This document shows, in pieces, positions 53,966 through 60,695 of a stretch of DNA of 60,695 bases (position 1 is its first letter; every line of letters begins with the position of its first letter). Below the pieces are notes generated by a model. The model saw only the letters and a program-made list of their open reading frames with translations, was not told the DNA's origin and did not search any database. This DNA is from an uncultured Candidatus Saccharibacteria bacterium (GTDB lineage Bacteria; Patescibacteriota; Minisyncoccia; Phycocordibacterales; UBA918). Made by a program: the position numbers and the translations under genes. The stretch covers positions 55,193 to 115,887 of the forward strand of contig CAZSOS010000001.1 of the NCBI GenBank assembly GCA_964608605.1, given 5' to 3'.

Positions 53966-54376
53966 ATGATCGACAGAAAATACATCGAACGGATCCTGAA
54001 GCTCAATGGACTTTCACCCACGGCTCCCGACGAAGAGATACGTTCGGTGCTCATTTCGGCCCGCTGGAACAAAGAGGACGTGGAGACGGCCATCACTGTC
54101 CTCCGCGAGAACGTGAACACTCATAAGAGCCGCGTCGACACGCTCCATGACGTTTTCTTGACCGATCAACGCCTTAGTCCGGAAGCCATACACTCGCTTT
54201 TGGGGATCGACATCGAGGTCAGTTCCTCGGAGCTGGAGACCTTGAGGAACAGTCGCCGCAACCTGTATCGGTGGCAGATCATCTCGATATTCATCATCTC
54301 CATACTGATAGCCGCCACCGCCATCCTGGGCATGATGTACGCCGAGGGCTTCGGCGCCTTCCATCAGGGGCGCTAG
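53966..54376 (+). CDS. Hypothetical protein with C-terminal TM
   Basis: 136-aa ORF with genome-typical codon use. Confidence 0.7.
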   Translation: MIDRKYIERILKLNGLSPTAPDEEIRSVLISARWNKEDVETAITVLRENVNTHKSRVDTLHDVFLTDQRLSPEAIHSLLGIDIEVSSSELETLRNSRRNLYRWQIISIFIISILIAATAILGMMYAEGFGAFHQGR

Positions 54377-54428
54377 CCATCCCTTCCGTGGGCTCGCTAA
54401 AAACGACGATCTCTAGTACTGTGGGCCG

Positions 54429-55481
54429 ATGTCGAACCGCGTCGTCATCATAGGTATCCTTTTTTTGCTATCGGCGCTGGCGGTCGTCTCTTTGGTCTTG
54501 GTGGCTGGTCAGTTTCGGCACGGGCCGGCAGTGGCGGAGCCTTCGGGCCCGCCACTGCCGGCCCCCGACCCAGAGCCGCTCGCCACGCTCGTCTTCGTCG
54601 GGGACATCATGATGGCCCGCGACGTCGAAAAGCGGCTTAGCGCTATGTCGTCGGGCTATGGCTTCTCTGCCGTCGAGCACCGACTCAAGGCCGATTTGGT
54701 CGTCGGTAACTTCGAAGCCTCGATCCCAGAGGTTCATGAGCCGACCCCGAGTATGGTGATGCGCTTTTCGGTGCCGCCCGCGCTGACCTCGGATCTATCG
54801 GCCGCTGGCTTCACTCATATGTCCTTGGCTAATAATCACGCCTTCGATTTCGGGGCCGCCGGCTTTTCGAACACCGGCAGGGAGTTGCGATCGCGCGGTC
54901 TGGCCATCGCCGGCAGCCCTAACTCCATCGGTCCGGGTTCGGTCTTCATCGAAGAGGTCCATGGCCGGCGCTTGGTCATCGTGAACGTCAACGCCACCTA
55001 CGGCTATCCCGAGGCCAAGACGGTGCGATCGGCCGCGCCGGCGGGAACCGACGCCGACCTGTTGGTCGCTTATATCCACTGGGGCGAGGAATACGAACTT
55101 GTCCATGGCCCGGCGCAGAAACGGCTGGCTCATGGTCTTATCGACGCCGGCTTCGATCTGATCGTGGGCCATCATCCGCACGTGACTCAGGACGTGGAGC
55201 GGTACAAGGATGGCTTGGTGTTCTATTCGCTCGGAAACTTCCTCTTCGATCAGTATTGGAACGATGACGTGCGACAAGGTCTTCTCCTGTCGGTCACGAT
55301 CGAGGACGATGAGTGGAAGGTGGATCTAGTACCGGTCGAAAGCAAGTCGGTCAAGGTGCAGCCGCGAGAAATGGTCGGGGAAGCCCGCCAGTCCTTCTTG
55401 GACGGTTTGGCCGCCCGCAGTTCCGCTTCCTTAAGAAGTGCCATCAGTCAGGGACTGATCTTGATCCAGCGCCACCCCTAA
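54429..55481 (+). CDS. CapA-family metallophosphoesterase
   Basis: FVGDIM, GNFEA, LANNH, HWGEE, GHHPH, YSLGNF. Confidence 0.93.
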   Translation: MSNRVVIIGILFLLSALAVVSLVLVAGQFRHGPAVAEPSGPPLPAPDPEPLATLVFVGDIMMARDVEKRLSAMSSGYGFSAVEHRLKADLVVGNFEASIPEVHEPTPSMVMRFSVPPALTSDLSAAGFTHMSLANNHAFDFGAAGFSNTGRELRSRGLAIAGSPNSIGPGSVFIEEVHGRRLVIVNVNATYGYPEAKTVRSAAPAGTDADLLVAYIHWGEEYELVHGPAQKRLAHGLIDAGFDLIVGHHPHVTQDVERYKDGLVFYSLGNFLFDQYWNDDVRQGLLLSVTIEDDEWKVDLVPVESKSVKVQPREMVGEARQSFLDGLAARSSASLRSAISQGLILIQRHP

Positions 55482-55517
55482 GGCCCTTTTGCAATTTTAG
55501 GCAATTTTGATTATAGT

Positions 55518-57363
<1,846 letters not shown>

Positions 57364-57369
57364 CTCACT

Positions 57370-57855
57370 ATGAATTTTTCAAACATTTTTAGACAAAACT
57401 TCTGGCGAGCACAGATTCATCCGGTGGCAGTTATTGGCTTGTTAATTTTCTTATTTTCAGGAGCACCATTCAGAGATGGCCCCATTTTTTTCTTAGTGTT
57501 AGGTTTGGTCGCTATTTTTAACGCACTTATTTATGCTTACGTACTTAAACACGAGGTCCTAAAATTAAAGACTACATTGGACCAAAAGGACCAAAACCTT
57601 CAAATTGAAATTTTATATTCAGTAATGAGACGCGCAAATATGGCCTATAGAGGGATTTTAATTATTTTGTATGTCATCGTTCTTGTTCTCGTTAGCGAGA
57701 TAGATGCAGCGGGTGCAAATATCGATAACTTTTTTGAAGACTACGCAACCCTCTCATTCTTCATACTTCCCGTTTCGTTAGTAGTTGTCGTTGGTCTGAT
57801 GATGGCAGATCGGAATAAAAAGCGAATTTTGAGAAACGAGTTAAACTTGACATAA
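57370..57855 (+). CDS. AT-rich hypothetical 4-TM membrane protein
   Basis: 161 aa, composition distinct from its neighbours. Confidence 0.65.
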   Translation: MNFSNIFRQNFWRAQIHPVAVIGLLIFLFSGAPFRDGPIFFLVLGLVAIFNALIYAYVLKHEVLKLKTTLDQKDQNLQIEILYSVMRRANMAYRGILIILYVIVLVLVSEIDAAGANIDNFFEDYATLSFFILPVSLVVVVGLMMADRNKKRILRNELNLT

Positions 57856-57911
57856 TTTTTTTTGACTCACTCTAACTTTGTTTATTTTCACAATTCGGCT
57901 AGACTGTACGG

Positions 57912-59954
57912 GTGAAATTCGAACTTGCGACCGATAAGCAGCCGGCTGGCGATCAGCCGGCGGCTATAGAGAAATTGCTGAAAGGCTTTGAGGCTGGGGC
58001 GGAGCATCAGACCCTTTTGGGCGTGACCGGCTCGGGCAAGACCTTCACGGCCGCTAACATCATCAACACGCTCCAAAAGCCAACCTTAGTGATCGCCCAC
58101 AACAAGACTCTGGCGGCCCAGCTGGCGCAGGAGTATCGCGACTTCTTCCCGAACAACGCGGTGCATTACTTCGTCTCCTACTATGACTACTACCAGCCGG
58201 AGGCCTATATGCCGGTTTCCGACACCTATATCGAAAAGGAGGCGCAGATCAACAAAGAGATCGACCGGCTGCGTCATGCCTCCACTCAAGCACTACTGAC
58301 TCGCCAAGACGTCATCATCGTGGCTTCGGTATCCTGCATCTATGGTCTCGGTTCGCCCGCCGAGTACGAAAAAGTGCATAAGAAGATCGAGAAAGGCTTC
58401 AAGACCACTCGCACCGAGATGCTCCGCACCTTAATCGGCATGTACTTCGAGCGCACCAATGCCGATCTGGAGCCTGGGCATTTTCGGGCAGTGGGGAACA
58501 CGGTGGAGATCATGCCTACCAACGAAAAGGTGATCTATCGGCTGGCATTTGCTGGCGACACCGTTTCCGAGATCACTAAGATCGACGCCACCACTCGCGG
58601 CATCATCGAGAATCCGGAAGCCTTCTTCTTATTCCCGGCCAAGCACTTCGTCACTCCGGAGGCGGAGCGGGCGCGGGCTATCGCCGACATCAAACTCGAA
58701 CTCGATGAACAGCTTAAGAAATTCAAGAAAGAAGGGAAGCTGCTGGAAGCCGAACGTCTGAAGCGTCGCACCGATTACGACCTGGCCATGATCCGCGAGA
58801 TCGGCTACTGCAACGGTATCGAGAACTACTCACGCCACTTCGACGGTCGTCAGGTCGACGAGCCGCCGTATACGCTTCTCGACTACTTCCCGCATAAAGC
58901 CGATGGTTCGCCGGATTTCCTCACCATCATCGACGAATCGCACGTGACCATTCCGCAGATCGGCGGCATGTATGCTGGCGACCGCGCTCGCAAGGACACT
59001 TTGGTGGAGTTCGGCTTCCGCTTGCCGTCGGCTCGCGACAACCGGCCCTTGAAGTTCGATGAATTCGAGGCTCGCGTCGGACAAAGGCTCTACACTTCGG
59101 CTACGCCGGGCAAGTATGAATATGCCAAGGCCGAGACCACCGGCTTTCCCATGGTGGAGCAGATCATCCGTCCGACCGGACTGGTCGATCCAGAGATCGA
59201 TCTGCGGCCGATCGTCGAACGCGGAAATTACCCAGGGCAGGTAAAGGACTTCATCGAGGAGGCGGTCAAAGTCATCGACTCTGGCGCGCGTGTCTTGGCG
59301 ACCGTGCTGACCAAACAGATGGCCGAAGACCTGGCGGAATTCTTGGAGGGCAAGGGTATCAAGACCAAGTATATCCACTCCGACGTGGAGACTTTGGAAC
59401 GCATCGAGATCCTGACCGGCTTCCGCAAGGGCGATTTCGACTGCTTGGTGGGAGTGAACCTCCTACGCGAAGGTTTGGACTTGCCGGAAGTGGAACTGGT
59501 GGCCATCCTCGACGCCGATAAGACCGGCTTCCTTCGTAGTGAGACGGCCCTGATTCAGACCATCGGCCGCGCGGCTCGCAACGTCAACGGCCGGGTCATC
59601 CTCTATGCCGACGAGATCACGCCGGCTTTGAAATACGCCATCGACGAGACCAACCGCCGCCGCAAACTGCAGCTTGAGTACAACAAAGAGCACGGCATCA
59701 CCCCGCGGACCATCAAGAAGGAGATCAAGTCCATCGCCGACCAGCTACGGAGCGATCATGAGGAGACGGTCCACACGCTTCTCTCCGTGGATATGGAGCT
59801 TTTCAAGAAGAATCCCGCCAAGGTCCTCAAGGAGAAGCGCCGGCAGATGGACGAAGCGGTATCGATCCTCGATTTCGAGACCGCCGCCATCATTCGTGAC
59901 GAGATCCGGGCGCTGGAAGAGAGTCAGAAACCGCGAAAGAAAAAGACATCATGA
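57912..59954 (+). CDS. uvrB: Excinuclease ABC subunit B
   Basis: GVTGSGKT, YYDYYQPEAY, IDESH, NLLREGLD, UVR tail. Confidence 0.98.
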   Translation: MKFELATDKQPAGDQPAAIEKLLKGFEAGAEHQTLLGVTGSGKTFTAANIINTLQKPTLVIAHNKTLAAQLAQEYRDFFPNNAVHYFVSYYDYYQPEAYMPVSDTYIEKEAQINKEIDRLRHASTQALLTRQDVIIVASVSCIYGLGSPAEYEKVHKKIEKGFKTTRTEMLRTLIGMYFERTNADLEPGHFRAVGNTVEIMPTNEKVIYRLAFAGDTVSEITKIDATTRGIIENPEAFFLFPAKHFVTPEAERARAIADIKLELDEQLKKFKKEGKLLEAERLKRRTDYDLAMIREIGYCNGIENYSRHFDGRQVDEPPYTLLDYFPHKADGSPDFLTIIDESHVTIPQIGGMYAGDRARKDTLVEFGFRLPSARDNRPLKFDEFEARVGQRLYTSATPGKYEYAKAETTGFPMVEQIIRPTGLVDPEIDLRPIVERGNYPGQVKDFIEEAVKVIDSGARVLATVLTKQMAEDLAEFLEGKGIKTKYIHSDVETLERIEILTGFRKGDFDCLVGVNLLREGLDLPEVELVAILDADKTGFLRSETALIQTIGRAARNVNGRVILYADEITPALKYAIDETNRRRKLQLEYNKEHGITPRTIKKEIKSIADQLRSDHEETVHTLLSVDMELFKKNPAKVLKEKRRQMDEAVSILDFETAAIIRDEIRALEESQKPRKKKTS

Positions 59955-60695
59955 GAACCGTTCCTATAGCCTGGGTGGTGATCGCGTGTGCTGGTTTCGC
60001 GACCGGTCTGTTGGCCGCTTACGCGGCCATGGCCGTCCGGGACGACCGCGTGCCGTACCTATCCGAAACTTTCAGCCTGGCGCGCGGCAATCAATGGACC
60101 AATCCGCTTTTGGCCTGCGCCGACCTTCCCGAGCTATCGTTGGGAAAGATGAAGGATCTGAAGGATGCCATCGAAGAACTCATCAAAGATCTCGTGGAAA
60201 AGGAGCGTGTAACCCACGTGTCCGTCTACGTGCGCGATCTCAACAACGGTCCGTGGCTGGCGATCGATGAGGACGCCCTATTCTATCCGGCTTCTCTCCT
60301 CAAGGTGCCCATATTGATCATGGCCTACAAGATGGAAGAGGATACGCCTGGATTCCTGGACACGTCGATCACCTTCACCGAGCCGGTCATGGGAGAGGTG
60401 GTGCAGGATTTTCCACCAGCGGAGACATTAGTGCCGGGGCAGACCTACACGCTTAGAGAATTGACGCGGCGCATGATCGTCTACTCCGATAACGAGGCGA
60501 TGAACCTGGTCGCTTCGCAGCTTGGTCCGGAACTTAACCTCGACGTCTTTTCATACTTCGGCATCGAGAAGCCGAGCATTGTGAACGAATTCCGCATCAA
60601 GGTACGTACTTACGCCTCCTTCTTCAGAGTGCTCTATAACGCTTCGTTCCTAAGCCTGAAGCATTCGGAAGAGGCCCTCGGGTTCTTGACCGAGA
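59951..60695 (+). CDS. Class A beta-lactamase-like serine hydrolase (3' truncated by window)
   Basis: ASLLK (SxxK) and SDN motifs; N-terminal TM. Confidence 0.85.
   Translation, partial: MRTVPIAWVVIACAGFATGLLAAYAAMAVRDDRVPYLSETFSLARGNQWTNPLLACADLPELSLGKMKDLKDAIEELIKDLVEKERVTHVSVYVRDLNNGPWLAIDEDALFYPASLLKVPILIMAYKMEEDTPGFLDTSITFTEPVMGEVVQDFPPAETLVPGQTYTLRELTRRMIVYSDNEAMNLVASQLGPELNLDVFSYFGIEKPSIVNEFRIKVRTYASFFRVLYNASFLSLKHSEEALGFLTE

Overview
A 60.7-kb chromosomal segment in the standard genetic code, most consistent with a Patescibacteria (CPR, Parcubacteria-like) genome. That placement is inferred from compact genes, peptidoglycan-binding surface proteins, many leaderless starts and no biosynthetic pathways. 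Housekeeping content: groES/groEL, secG, rnj, typA, uvrB, tgt, lemA, htpX, a DEAD-box helicase, a pseudouridine synthase, an ECF sigma/anti-sigma pair, umuC, a Fur-family regulator and tRNA-Ser(GGA). AT-richer accessory genes are interspersed, including three large surface proteins. The most unusual signal is non-coding. (1) Two ~155-bp folded insertions each end in a diverged copy of their own target; one replaces the N-terminus of a GH1 glycosidase and the other follows tRNA-Ser. (2) Several ~120-130-bp long-hairpin elements sit at gene boundaries; two are clearly homologous and one is a MITE that regenerates the start codon it interrupted. (3) Four GATATC-N6-GATATC dyad sites with recombination-site architecture, three of them in a mini-array with inverted and direct orientations. 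(4) 7-nt-periodic inverted arms occur both around a four-helix-bundle gene and as empty copies. There is also a UmuD-like protein lacking the cleavage site and both catalytic residues. No transposase, integrase, reverse transcriptase, rRNA or CRISPR-Cas is visible in the window. All product calls come from motif recognition by eye; no database searches were run.
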